64,000 nt of DNA from Macrostomum hystrix (taxonomy: Eukaryota > Animalia > Platyhelminthes): positions 9,548,001 through 9,612,000 of the forward strand of contig CATNEN010000003.1 in NCBI GenBank assembly GCA_950097015.1, given 5' to 3'. Made by a program: the position numbers and the translations under genes. The notes beneath the pieces are model-generated. The model saw only the letters and a list, made by a program, of their open reading frames with translations. It searched no databases and had not been told where the DNA came from. Positions 1 through 13,500 of this stretch are shown piece by piece (the stretch's first letter is position 1; each line of letters starts with the position of its first letter).

Positions 1-930
1 GCGGTGGAGGACTATGCGGAATTTACCGCACTGTTTAAATAACCTCATTTCAGGCTTTGACTATGCGGTGGACTATGCGGTTTTTTCCGCACTGTTTAAA
101 TAACCTCATTTCAGGCTTTGACTATGCGGTGAACTATGCGGTTTTTTTCCGCACTGTTTAAATAACCTCATTTCAGGCTTTGACTATGCGGTGAACTATG
201 CGGTTTTTTCCGCACTGTTTAAATAACCTCATTTCTGGCTTTGACTATGCGGTGAACTATGCGGTTTTTTCCGCACTGTTTAAATAACCTCATTTCAGGC
301 TTTGACTATGCGGTGAACTATGCGGTTTTTTCCGCACTGTTTATAACATCTAAAAAACCGCAGTGTTTAAATAACCTCGATCATTGCAGGCTTTGACTAT
401 GCGGTGGAGGACTATGCGGAATTTACCGCACTGTTTAAATAACCTCATTTCAGGCTTTGACTATGCGGTGGACTATGCGGTTTTTTCCGCACTGTTTAAA
501 TAACCTCATTTCAGGCTTTGACTATGCGGTGAACTATGCGGTTTTTTTCCGCACTGTTTAAATAACCTCATTTCAGGCTTTGACTATGCGGTGAACTATG
601 CGGTTTTTTCCGCACTGTTTATAACATCTAAAAAACCGCAGTGTTTAAATAACCTCGATCATTGCAGGCTTTGACTATGCGGTGGAGGACTATGCGGAAT
701 TTACCGCACTGTTTAAATAACCTCATTTCAGGCTTTGACTATGCGGTGGACTATGCGGTTTTTTCCGCACTGTTTAAATAACCTCATTTCAGGCTTTGAC
801 TATGCGGTGGACTATGCGGAATTTACCGCACTGTTTAAATAACCTCATTTCAGGCTCTGACTATGCCGTGAACTATGCGGTTTTTTCCCCACTGTTTAAA
901 TAACCTCATTTCAGGCTTTGACTATGCGGT
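1..930. repeat. ~60-bp tandem array (GCGGTGAACTATGCGGTTTTTTCCGCACTGTTTAAATAACCTCATTTCAGGCTTTGACTAT) with recurring longer variant units; left arm of a foldback-like element, runs off the window
   Basis: Unit repeats about every 59-61 nt; the variant TTATAACATCTAAAAAACCGCAGTG...GATCATTGCAGG recurs near 340-390 and 620-670. Confidence 0.95.
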
Positions 931-1147
931 CTCGCGCTCCAGAGGTGTAGACTGGCTTAAGTTTTTGAACGGCGCGCCAGGCCTGGGTCTTCTTGTCCGC
1001 GATGATCACATCCGGGCTCATCACCGGGACACCCAAGTAGCGGAAGTCGCTGCACGCCGCGATGACCTCACCGTTGGGCAGGGCCAGGGGCGGTGGGTCC
1101 TCAAATCCCAGGTGTAGTACCTCCATCTTGCTGCCGTTGACGGTCAA
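920..1147 (-). pseudogene. Fragment of a non-LTR retrotransposon reverse transcriptase (RT C-terminal/thumb region, RTE-like)
   Basis: Minus-strand translation LTVNGSKMEV...DFRYLGV...KKTQAWRAVQKLKPVY matches the K(T)E / F.YLG / A...L..(I/V)W pattern of LINE RTs; GC-rich island in AT-rich flanks. Confidence 0.75.
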
Positions 1148-3529
1148 AGTGAGTGTGAGCCGCTGAGTGTCAAAGAATAAAAATAACTAACCAACTGCTT
1201 GGAGCTTAGACCGTTTGACTAAGTTTATTCTTAGCTGGATAGCTGAGACAATGACCATTACACTAGTCAAGTTAGTAAGTTATTAAATAAAAATAATATA
1301 TGAAATTATTTAATTAAATTATTTAATTAAAGGAAGTTAATGTTAATAATTTATTTTAATTTTTATTATTTATTAATTTCTTATTACTAATTAAGTATAC
1401 TAATTTCAAAATTATCACTTTCAGCGGCCTTGCATGAAGCCGTAACAACAGATTCATAGCAGAATGATCTACAATGTACCGCTTCTCAGAGAATAATATT
1501 AGGTCACGTGCAAATAACAGCTTGACAAAAAGAAAATTTGAAGTGCGTGACCAACTTAAAATTATACAACGAAGCTTTAGCTGATTGAATTAAAACAATA
1601 TTTTAGTAGTGGTGCCTTTAGAATAATCGGATGCTGCAAGATATTTATTTACCATCGGAATTTTGCAAAACCCAAAATAACATACAAGAAGTAAGTCCGA
1701 TTCGTCTTATTCTCAGTATCACAAAATTCCGGGTCAAATTCAGAAAGCACACGCGAAAAAATGTGAACGAAGGGTTTTGTCTAGAACTTTCGAACCATTT
1801 GATCAAAATGCTTAATTTTGCACAGAGTTGTATAAAAATATGTGCTTGAGGTGGTACAAATGTGGTACAGGCTGTACGAGCGTATGTATTCTATTTTTGG
1901 AGAGAGAAGACCATTTGCTACCGGGAATGACTTCATTAAAACTTCAGACGATGATTTCTTACTTATTAAAGCTTGTTCAGATCAACTTTTGAGCTCAAAA
2001 GATGCACATTTTGCTGAAATTTTATAAATTAAAAAACGGTACAGGAATCTAGTCAAAAGCAAGGACGCTAGTGATCAGCCCAATGCCAGCCGCACCGATT
2101 TTTTTAAATCCGGAAATATATTTGAAGGCTTTAAAAGTGACATGAATAGCAATATGAAGATGATTTGACGTGTGGTACAATTAAATCTTGTCAAAATCTA
2201 TTAGAAAAGACGGATTTTGCAAGTGGTACAAGTGATTTAAAAAAGTGATGCGGCTGGGTTGCGGCTAGAGATACGTCGGTGCATTGCGCTAGAATATGTC
2301 GGATATTGCCGTGCGTTGGTCCCTGTTGAAAAATGGGATGTTCTAATATCAGCAATCGTCAATATCGGTGCTATGGCCGTGTCAAGACCAAATAATATTT
2401 TGTTCCTGTTTCTGAAAATATGCTAGTGCTAAAAAGGAGAACCGGTATAAAAGATGTAGGGAAATTCTATAATATAGTTTTTAAGAAAACACACATTATA
2501 TTAAATAATGTAGTCAGTAAATACACTATACCAGATATAAGACAGCATATATTGCTTAAGTATAATAGAGTCTGACCAAGCCTAGATTTTAGTTGAGTTA
2601 AGTACTTGGTTGTGTATTTTGTTCTTAATTTAAGCAATTCAAGTCAGATTCAAGTAGGCACTGGTGTCTTTACTCTCCAGTCCTTGCTGGGCGTTTTTAG
2701 TAGATCAGATCAGGTCACAGCCTCAAAAAAACTAACCAAAAACTTAAACACATTCTTACTCAGTTATTAGTGATTTGCTTTACGCCACACTGGCGCATTT
2801 ATTTGTCTCACGTGAATTGCAGTCCTTTATACACACATTTTTTTAAATGAATGATTTCATTTGACAGAATATTATTATATTGATTATTCTACATACTTCA
2901 AAAATTTACTGCATTTAAACAAAGAGCATGGGTACAAATTTGACTTTTTAATAATAAAAGCATCCATATGCCGGCCTACTACAATCAGTATTTCGTTACT
3001 TAACTTTGCATGGCAATATTCAATTTTTTAAATATCATTTACGTAATAATAATAAGTAATAACTCTCTTTGTAAATGTACGCTACACTGGTGCTTCTAAA
3101 CTAGATTAGGTGGCGTAAGTACCGTGTGCGAGCCCTATTAACAAATCGGTAAATAAATCAAGCACCTGATTTGAGACTAACGAATTTGTAAGAACATTGC
3201 AGTAAAACGAAGGTACCATAAAAAACGTAGCATAAAATAATCAAACTACACTACCACAGTACCTTTCGAAAAAGTATTCCACATAACTCTGTAAAGTTTT
3301 AATCGGGGATTTAAAGGAAGAGACATTGACTGCAATGTCGCTCCGTCATTTGCAATTCAGTCCGTTGACTATAATTTCATAATTTTTGTACCGAAATACG
3401 CCTTGCGTCAGCATCCTGCAGTTACTATTTGCTTACTGTTTTGGCTCTGGACGAGTTTTCGCAGTGGAACTTTTTGTCATTACAGACGTGCACAATGCAA
3501 CAACAAGACTAATTACCACGACTGAAATG

Positions 3530-3865
3530 CCTGCAATGAGGTTATTTAAACAGTGCGGTAAATTCCGCATAGTTCACCGCATAGTCAAAGCCTGAAATGA
3601 GGTTATTTAAACAGTGCGGAAAAAACCGCATAGTTCACCGCATAGTCAAAGCCTGAAATGAGGTTATTTAAACAGTGCGGTAAATTCCGCATAGTTCACC
3701 GCATAGTCAAAGCCTGCAATGATCGAGGTTATTTAAACACTGCGGTTTTTTAGATGTTATAAACAGTGCGGAAAAAACCGCTAACTTTACCGCAGGGTAA
3801 TGTGTTGACATTACTATGCGGTAAAGTTAGCGGTTTTTACCGCGCGGTAAAATGTCGCCAACGTA
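3530..3865 (-). mobile_element. Right arm and terminus of a foldback-like DNA element: inverted copies of the 60-bp unit plus a terminal hairpin
   Basis: 3530-3780 is the reverse complement of the 1-930 unit, including its variant unit; 3775-3838 is a hairpin AAAACCGCTAACTTTACCGCA...TGCGGTAAAGTTAGCGGTTTT. Confidence 0.7.
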
Positions 3866-5769
3866 TAACTTATATTAAAATTACTTTTTGTTTATTGTGT
3901 TTTCTTATCAGGGTGGCAGGGCCTATTTAAAATAGGCCTATTATTAAAAACAGCTTCCTGGTCTAGAGGCGTCTGCAAAGAATAAGAAAAAATGAAGAAC
4001 CATGTTTAATAGAAATAAATCAGTGCATGTCAAATGGTCACAACGAAAATGCCAACCAATTTACTACAACACAATCAGTATTATTATTATTATTATCAAG
4101 TAGGGCCTATGCACTCAGAAAGGTGCTGATTTTTATTCCATTTTATTTCTAATAGCAACTGCGAGTAGGGCCTAGGAACTTAACAGCCAAATCTAAAAGG
4201 CATAAAATAAAAGCTAAAGTGAAAGCAGAAAACATGCAAAATAAAAAAATTGTAGCAAAGAAATGTTGTTAAATAGGCCTACTGTAATCATTTTTACACC
4301 TAAAATCACATTTTATGTCAGTTATATTGAGGTATTGTAATATTTTTTATATTGTGTATGTTGTGCCAAAATGATGCATAAATCTCATCAGGGCAGCTGT
4401 GAGCCTTCTTAAATTTTGAATAGACCTAGTTGCTTATGAATAGGCCTATGAGCAATGCTACTTTTTCCTGCCAGTTCTTTACTTTCTTGTACAATTTGGT
4501 AGGCCTGTATTCATTTTTCCTCTTCAATTAGGTTGCTAAAAGTTTGGCACCGAGGCTGATATTTCTTTTAAAAATGTCTCCCTACTTGAACTATATAAAC
4601 TCTAGCAACACTTTAAAAGAAAATAGACTTTATTTTCTACTTCTGAGCAACACTTTTTCAAATCTTATGATAGTAAGGAATTCTAGGTCTTACAGTCCAT
4701 CATGTTTCACATGATGAGTTTTGAATTCCCAGATGAAAGGTAGATTTAATGCTTGCAGTGAAATGCAAGTTGAGTAACATGTATGGCACGCAGCCGCAGC
4801 TATTTGAAACGTACCTGCAGGAATTTCTGTGGTGCAAGAAGTTCCCGCGTCCCCACTTCCGACACTTCCTGCACTATATCATGGAGCAGTACTCGCTGTA
4901 GCTTCTGCTGTAGCTTCTACCCAAAGGACATTATTCTGTTGTTTCTCAATGTTACCCGTTATCCTTGTTATGCCAGTTATTGTTTTTTGCACGAATTTGA
5001 GTTTAACAAACGAAACCATACTTATACCAGACTTGCTTAACCATATAATAATAGAAATAACTCAGTTTGCAGGTTTCTCTTCCTTTTGTGTCCAGAATAG
5101 GCCTAGGCCTAGTGTAAATTCAGCTTCAAAGTTCACACTGTGTCAATGTATGGATTCAGTTTTTGTTGTCAGGAGATAGTTTTGCATTACATTGCTATGG
5201 ATTTTGTGCCTGTGGCTGTAGCCAGTATAAGTCAAATTGAGATAATAGTCTTTTCAATTAGAGAGTGAAGCTCAGTACTGAGTTTTTCTTTTTTGTATGT
5301 ATTGTTTGTATTTTGTAAGGAAGAAGGAGCTGACCTAGTTCTGACCAGGAGCTGCTGCTGTCAGTGTTTTGGTTTACCTAGAGAATGGCGTTAGCATTTC
5401 AAAAATTTATTATTTCAATTAGACTTCTGTCCAGTGGTCTATATTTCTAAGATATAAAGGCTCCCCAGGCCTCTGAGTCATATTGCATAGTGCTTTCTAT
5501 CATGGCTATGCAAAGTTTTTTTATTTATTTTTAGTTTAACCAATTAAAACGCAGACCATGCATTATGGGATATCCATACGTGCTATTCAGTTCTTTAGCA
5601 TAAAAGTCCACTGTTCCTTTTGTGTTCAAATAGGTATTTCCAGGTATTTCCATTCATGGACAGACTCAGCTAAGCAACCCTGTAAAAACAATTGTGCTCT
5701 ATCCTTAGGGAGGTTTTTGCAGCTCATTAGCTTTTTTCTGTATGTATATTTCTAGGTTCTAGATTTGAC

Positions 5770-6270
5770 AGAATTCTGAGACTTAGTCTAGGCCCTTTAG
5801 AATTTCTACTAAATCTTGACCAAATATTACTACGTCATTGTAGTGAAGCATATTGTTTATCTCCTCATTTTGTATAAAGGTGTCACTATGAAAGCAGTTA
5901 TTGAGAATTGAAGTGAGTAGATCTATGTACAAGGAAACTAATAATGGATAAAGAGGACAAGTCCTGTTGGACTCCATTTATGATGAGGTGGGCTTGAGTA
6001 GCTCTGTTCTCAAATATTTTTACTTGGAATTTGGCTTCTGAATACATGCTGGCAATCTTTTGTAATTTTGAGTTTTGAGTTTTGAGGTAGGTTCTGAGTT
6101 CTTTGAGTCTATTAAACAGAGTGGAGTGGTTTAAAATTTCAAAGGCACTTTTAAAATCAAACAAAACAAGATAAAGGTTCTCTTTAACTCTTGCAATATG
6201 ATCAGAGGTTTGGTAATCATCCTGTTCACTATCTGATTTTGGGACAAAAGCTTGAAATTTCAAATGTGTG
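5770..6270 (-). pseudogene. Degenerate LINE reverse transcriptase, frameshifted
   Basis: YLVLFDFKSAFE (DF.KAFD motif); IINGVQQ then a frameshift to CPLYPLLVSLYID (GVRQGCPLSPLLF motif); HYNDVVIF (decayed YADD). Confidence 0.85.
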
Positions 6271-7542
6271 CCTCCAGGTTTTTTATTAAATAACTAAGCA
6301 TAATAAGTGTATTGAAAACTTTGCTTAGGTGATTTTCAATTTCTGCTGTCAGAGGTTGGGTTCTGTTTGCTCAACAGTTAGGGATTAAGAGTTCCTCAGC
6401 TTTTTAAGCCAAACCCAAAGCCTGAGAAGACTTCTTGATACCATATAGAATGTCTATCTTTTTAAGCCTTTTTAGTTTGTTTCTGTGTTTTCTAGCCAGC
6501 TCATATTTGTGCGCTAGTGACCTATCTGTTGGTCTTTGTCTTTTTTACTTGCTATGTACTTCAAGGACTTATTTAAAATTTTGAGTGTTTCATTTTGATT
6601 TACCCTGAATTTATTGGGCACAATGGCTTTCTTAGGTTTAATACTAACTATTTGTTTAGCTTTTTAAACTTTATTTGACAAAATAACTAAACTTATTTTT
6701 ATTAGGCTATTTTTTGGCTGTTTGGCCTATTTCTACTCTTTATAATTATTTAAATTAGGTCTAAAATCTTAATTGACCTAGCTACCTAGAGCAATTAGCC
6801 TTAGCAATTGGCCTGGCAAGTTTTTTTAAACCAGAAAATTTTGTTGCTAGCTAGCCTTTCAATATATATATTTTTAAATACAATTTATTATTTTTTTAAA
6901 TAATTTTTAATTTTAAGAGTATATTTTATCTGCCTACTAAATATTTATTTCATATTTTATCATTATATAATTTCTTTATTATGCTTTGCTTATGATAGAC
7001 TGTGTCTCTTGGCCTACCAGATATGAGTTAAAATTAAAATAAGCCTAAAAACTACCAAAAAATTAATTCATTCTTGTCAAATAGAAAAAATCCTAACATA
7101 ATGGTCACTGCAACTAATGTAAACTAGTTAAAATTATTATATAAATTATTAATATTAAATTTCACATATAAGTAAAATTTAGAATAAATAAACAAAATTT
7201 AAAACATTACACACTTTATATGTAATTGTTTCAAAAGTGCTAAGTTATAAATAGGCCCCTCGCCCTGGTTTTGCACCTGTGTAACTAGAGCCAAATGTGT
7301 ATCAATAAAAGGCACCTTATTGTTTAATACTTAAATATTTTATTACATGAGTACACATGGATTTTTTTGTGAAGTATCATTAATCTACGATTATTGAGAC
7401 AGAAGATATTGACTTGAGCAATCTCAATTGCACATTTGCACTAATAATTCTTTTTGCTTTATTTTTATTAGAAGAAGTTAACCTACATTTGATGAAACCT
7501 TGCAGCCATTGGAAGTATTGCATCACCTCATCGGCTTCTCAA

Positions 7543-10500
7543 ATGTCGTTCTCAAATGTAAACCAAGCTGCAGGAACTGGTCAATTGCCAACTCAGGCAC
7601 AAACTACAGTCAGTGCTGCAGCTAATAGCATCCCAGTGCTGTGTCCCAGCTCGCATGGCAGACCAGAGGCTGACATTATTGTGAAAATTGTTCGCGAATT
7701 CCGTCGCCGTTCAGTTGAAGAGATTGAACGAGAGGTTCTGTTTGTCCAGATGGGCTTGTCAGATTCTGAGGCCAGGCAGTACGAAGTGCACTGCGTGCCC
7801 AAAAGATTGTCGCCAACATTGGTGAATTTCGATTTATTGAATGCGCCAGAGTCGAGAAAGTTTACCGACATGATTCAGGTGAATAGACATTTTTGTGAAT
7901 CTTTTGTGTCCTTCAGGCTCTCTACTGTGAATCTTTCAGGCTCTCTACTGTGAACCCTTCAGGCTCTTTACTGTGAATCTTTTGAATCCTTCAGGCTCTC
8001 TACTGTGAATCTTTTGAATCTTTCAGGCTCTCTACTATGAATCTTTTGAATCCTTCAGGCTCACTACTGTGAATCTTTTGAATCCTTCAGGTTCTCTACT
8101 ATGAATCTTTCAGGCTCTCTACTGTGAATCTTTCAGGCTCCCTACTGTAAATATTTTGAATCTTTCAGGCTCTCTACTGTGAATCTTTTGAATCCTTCAG
8201 GCTCTCTACTGTGAATCCTTCAGGCTTTCTACTGTGAATCTTTTGAATCCTTCAGGCTTTCTACTGTGAATCTTTTGAATCCTTCAGGCTCTCTACTATG
8301 AATCTTTTGAACCCTTCAGGCTCTCTACTATGAATCTTTTAAATCTTTCAGGCTCTCTACTATGAATCTTTTAAATCCTTCAGGCTCTCTACTGTAAATC
8401 TTTTGAATCCTTCAGGTTCTCTACTATGAATCCTTAAGGCTTTCTACTGTGAATCTTTTAGGCTCTCTACTATGAATCTTTCAGGCTTTCTACTGTGAAT
8501 CTTTTGAATTCTTCAGGCTCTCTACTGTGAATCTTTTGAATCCTTCAGGTTCTCTACTATGAATCCTTAAGGCTTTTTACTGTGAATCTTTTAGGCTCTC
8601 TACTATGAATCCTTAAGGCTTTCTACTGTGAATCTTTTAGGCTCTCTACTATGAATCTTTCAGGCTTTCTACTGTGAATCTTTTGAATTCTTCAGGCTCT
8701 CTACTGTGAATCTTTTGAATCCTTCAGGCTCTCTACTGTGAATCTTTCAGGCTCCCTACTGTGAATCTTTTGAATCTTTCAGGCTCTCTACTGTGAATTT
8801 TTTGAATCCTTCAGGCTCTCTACTGTGAATCTTTCAGGCTCCCTACTGTGAATCTTTTGAATCTTTCAGGCTCTCTACTGTGAATTTTTTGAATCCTTCA
8901 GGCTCTCTACTGTGAATCTTTCAGGCTCCCTACTGTGAATCTTTTGAATCTTTCAGGCTCCCTACTGTGAATCTTTTGAATCTTTCAGGCTCTCTGCTGT
9001 GAATTTTTTGAATCCTTCAGGCTCTCTACTGTGAATCCTTCAGGCTCCCTACTGTGAATCTTTTGAATCCTTCAGGTTCTCTACTATATGAATCATTCAG
9101 GTTCTCTACTATCTATGAAACATTCAGGTTCTCTGCCTAAGCCTTAAATCAAACTTTCTACTTCAACTCGAAACTCTCCAAACAGGCGTGTGTCACAGTC
9201 CCGCTGACGCCGCAGACATTGCCATGCATCGGCTCGCAGCCAGGCGAAGAATCTATCCTAGATTTTCCCTTCCTAATGGTGGTGCCCAGGCGGACACTGT
9301 TCGCCCAGAATGCGGCCAGAGCTTTGCACAGTGCCGCCAAGGAGCTAAATAATGCAGATGTTGTATTCGCGCTTAATCAACTGTTGGAGACACGGCGCAC
9401 TTTCTTTAACCCCGCAAGCAGGCAGAAGGTCTGTCGGCCAATTCTTTATGATGGACAGGTGGCGGAAGAGTTAATAAGGTCAGAATTTTTATCCTATATG
9501 ATAATTTGATTATTTAAAACGTCTTTCTATGGTCATTTTTATTTCCTATAGATTCTTTAGTTCCGCTTCCCATAGTTCCTTCAGTTCCGCTTCCCATAGT
9601 TCCTTCACTTCCGTCTACCATGAATCCTTCAGTTCCGCTTCCGATAGTTCCTTCAGTTCCGTTTCACATGGATCCTTCAGTTCCGATTCCCATAGTTCCT
9701 TCAGTTCCGTTTCCAATGGATCCTTCAGTTCCGCTTCCCATGGATCCTTCAGTTCCGCTTCCCATAGTTCCTTCAGTTCCGTTTCCAATGGATCCTTCAG
9801 TTCCGTTTCCAATGGATCCTTCAGTTCCGCTTCCCATGGATCCTTCAGTTCCGCTTCCCATGGATCCTTCAGTTCCGTTTCCAATGGATCCTTCAGTTCC
9901 GCTTCCCATGGATCCTTCAGTTCCGCTTCCCATGGATCCTTCAGTTCCGTTTCCAATGGATCCTTCAGTTTCGTTTCCCATAGTTCCTTCAGTTCCGTTT
10001 CCAATGGATCCTTCAGTTCCGCTTCCCATGGATCCTTCAGTTCCGCTTCCCATGGATCCTTCAGTTCCGTTTCCAATGGATCCTTCAGTTTCGTTTCCCA
10101 TAGTTCCTTCAGTTCCGTTTCCAATGGATCCTTCAGTTCCGCGTCCCATGGATCCTTCAGTTCCGCGTCCCATGGATATTACAGTTCCGTGTTCTCAATC
10201 ACTTACATTTCAGAGAGGGCGTTCTAAACTTTGTACTAACCAGCTTAGCCGATCGTCGCTTGGACACTGAGACTAAAATGCAGCAGCTGCTGGTTCAGGT
10301 GCTGGCCTGCATGCTGCGCTACGCTTTGGGTGATTCAGCCTCTAACGACAGCGTTGGTAACGGCGTTGCGGATGATACTGGTTGGTTGCTACCGCCTACT
10401 TATCTTCCGCTTCCCTTGTGTTGTTTTCCGCACTCAATTCCACCCCCTTAGGTTTTCCGCCCTCATTTCTGCCGCCTACTTATCTTCCGCTTCCCTTGTG

Positions 10501-13500
10501 TTGTTTTCCGCACTCAATTCCACCCCCTTAGGTTTTCCGCCCTCATTTCTGCCGCCTACTTATCTTCCGCTTCCCTTGTGTTGTTTTCCGCACTCAATTC
10601 CACCCCCTTAGGTTTTCCGCCCTCATTTCTGCCGCCTACTTATCTTCCGCTTCCCTTGTGTTGTTTTCCGCATTCAATTCCACCCCCTTAGGTTTTCCGC
10701 CCTCATTTCTGCCGCCTACTTATCTTCCGCTCCCCTTGTGTTGTTTTCCGCCCTCAGTTCCGCCCCCTTAGGTTTTCCGCCCTCATTTCTGCCGCCTACT
10801 TATCTTCCGCTTCCCTTGTGTTGTTTTCCGCACTCAATTCCACCCCCTTAGGTTTTCCGCCCTCATTTCTGCCGCCTACTTATCTTCCGCTTCCCTTGTG
10901 TTGTTTTCCGCACTCAATTCCACCCCCTTAGGTTTTCCGCCCTCATTTCTGCCGCCTACTTATCTTCCGCTTCCCTTGTGTTGTTTTCCGCACTCAATTC
11001 CACCCCCTTAAGTTTTCCGCCCTCATTTCTGCCGCCTACTTATCTTCCGCTTCCCTTGTGTTGTTTTCCGCACTCAATTCCACCCCCTTAGGTTTTCCGC
11101 CCTCATTTCTGCCGCCTACTTATCTTCCGCTTCCCTTGTGTTGTTTTCCGCATTCAATTCCACCCCCTTAGGTTTTCCGCCCTCATTTCTGCCGCCTACT
11201 TATCTTCCGCTCCCCTTGTGTTGTTTTCCGCCCTCAGTTCCGCCCCCTTAGGTTTTCCGCCCTCATTTCTGCCGCCTACTTATCTTCCGCTCCCTTTGTG
11301 TTGTTTTCCGCCCTCAATTCCGCCCCCTTAGGTTTTCCGCCCTCATTTCTGCCGCCTACTTATCTTCCGCTCCCCTTGTGTTGTTTTCCGCCCTCAGTTC
11401 CGCCCCCTTAGGTTTTCCGCCCTCATTTCTGCCGCCTACTTATCTTCCGCTCCCTTTGTGTTGTTTTCCGCCCTCAATTACGCCCCCTTAGGTTTTCCGC
11501 CCTCATTTCTGCCGCCTACTTATCTTCCGCTCCCTTTGTGTTGTTTTCCGCCCTCAATTCCGCCCCCTTAGGTTTTCCGCCCTCATTTCTGCCGCCTACT
11601 TATCTTCCGCTCCCCTTGTGTTGTTTTCCGCCCTCAATTCCGCCCCTTTAGGTTTTCCGCCCTCATTTCTGCCGCCTACTTATCTTCCGCTCCCTTTGTG
11701 TTGTTTTCCGCCCTCAATTTCGCCCCCTTGATTTTCCACCCTGATTTCTGCCGTCTACTTATCTTCCGCTATCTTTGTGTTGTTTTCCGCCCTCAGTTCC
11801 GCCCCCTTAGGTTTTCCGCCCTCATTTCTGCCGCCTACTTATAATTTGCCCCCTTTGTGTTTTCCGCCCTCAGTTCCGCCCCCTTGGGTTTTCCGCCCTC
11901 ATTTCTGCCGCCTACTTATAATTTGCCCCCTTTGTGTTTTCCGCCCTCAATTCCACCCCCTTAGGTTTTCCGCCCTCATTTCTGCCGCCTACTTATCTTC
12001 CGCTCCCTTTGTGTTGTTTTCCGCCCTCAATTTCGCCCCCTTAGATTTTCCACCCTGATTTCTGCCGCCTACTTATCTTCCGCTATCTTTGTGTTGTTTT
12101 CCGCCCTCAGTTCCGCCCCCTTAGGTTTTCCGCCCTCATTTCTGCCGCCTACTTATAATTTGCCCCCTTTGTGTTTTCCGCCCTCAGTTCCGCCCCCTTG
12201 GGTTTTCCGCCCTCATTTCTGCCGCCTACTTATAATTTGCCCCCTTTGTGTTTTCCGCCCTCAATTCCGCCCCCTTAGGTTTTCCGCCCTCATTTCTGCC
12301 GCCTACTTATCTTCCGCTCCCCTTGTGTTGTTTTCCGCACTCAATTCCACCCCCTTAGGTTTTCCGCCCTCATTTCTGCCGCCTTCTTATCTTCCGCTCC
12401 CCTTGTGTTGTTTTCCGCCCTCAGTTCCGCCCCCTTAGGTTTTCCGCCTTCATTTCTGCCGCCTACTTATCTTCCGCTCCCTTTGTGTTGTTTTCCGCCC
12501 TCAATTCCGCCCCCTTAGGTTTTCCGCCCTCATTTCTGCCGCCTACTTATCTTCCGCTCCCTTTGTGTTGTTTTCCGCCCTCAATTCCGCCCCCTTAGGT
12601 TTTCCGCCCTCATTTCTGCCGCCTACTTATCTTCCGCTCCCTTTGTGTTGTTTTCCGCCCTCAATTCCGCCCCCTTAGGTTTTCCGCCCTCATTTCTGCC
12701 GCCTACTTATCTTCCGCTCCCCTTGTGTTGTTTTCCGCCCTCAATTCCGCCCCTTTAGGTTTTCCGCCCTCATTTCTGCCGCCTACTTATCTTCCGCTCC
12801 CCTTGTGTTGTTTTCCGCCCTCAATTCCGCCCCTTTAGGTTTTCCGCCCTCATTTCTGCCGCCTACTTATCTTCCGCTCCCTTAGTGTTGTTTTCCGCCC
12901 TCAATTTCGCCCCCTTAGGTTTTCCGCCCTTATTTCTGCCGCCTACTTATCTTCCGCTATCTTTGTGTTGTTTTCCGCCCTCAGTTCCGCCCCCTTGGGT
13001 TTTCCGCCCTCATTTCTGCCGCCTACTTATCTTCCGCTCCCTTTGTCTTGTTTTCCGCCCTCAATTTCGCCCCCTTAGATTTTCCACCCTGATTTCTGCC
13101 GCCTACTTATCTTCCGCTATCTTTGTGTTGTTTTCCGCCCTCAGTTCCGCCCCCTTAGGTTTTCCGCCCTTATTTCTGCCGCCTACTTATAATTTGCCCC
13201 CTTTGTGTTTTCCGCCCTCAGTTCCGCCCCCTTGGGTTTTCCGCCCTCATTTCTGCCGCCTACTTATAATTTGCCCCCTTTGTGTTTTCCGCCCTCAATT
13301 CCGCCCCTTAAGTTTTCCGCCCTCATTTCTGCCGCCTACTTATCTTCCGCTTCCCTTGTGTTGTTTTCCGCACTCAATTCCACCCCCTTAGGTTTTCCGC
13401 CCTCATTTCTGCCGCCTACTTATCTTCCGCTCCCCTTGTGTTGTTTTCCGCACTCAATTCCACCCCCTTAGGTTTTCCGCCCTCATTTCTGCCGCCTTCT

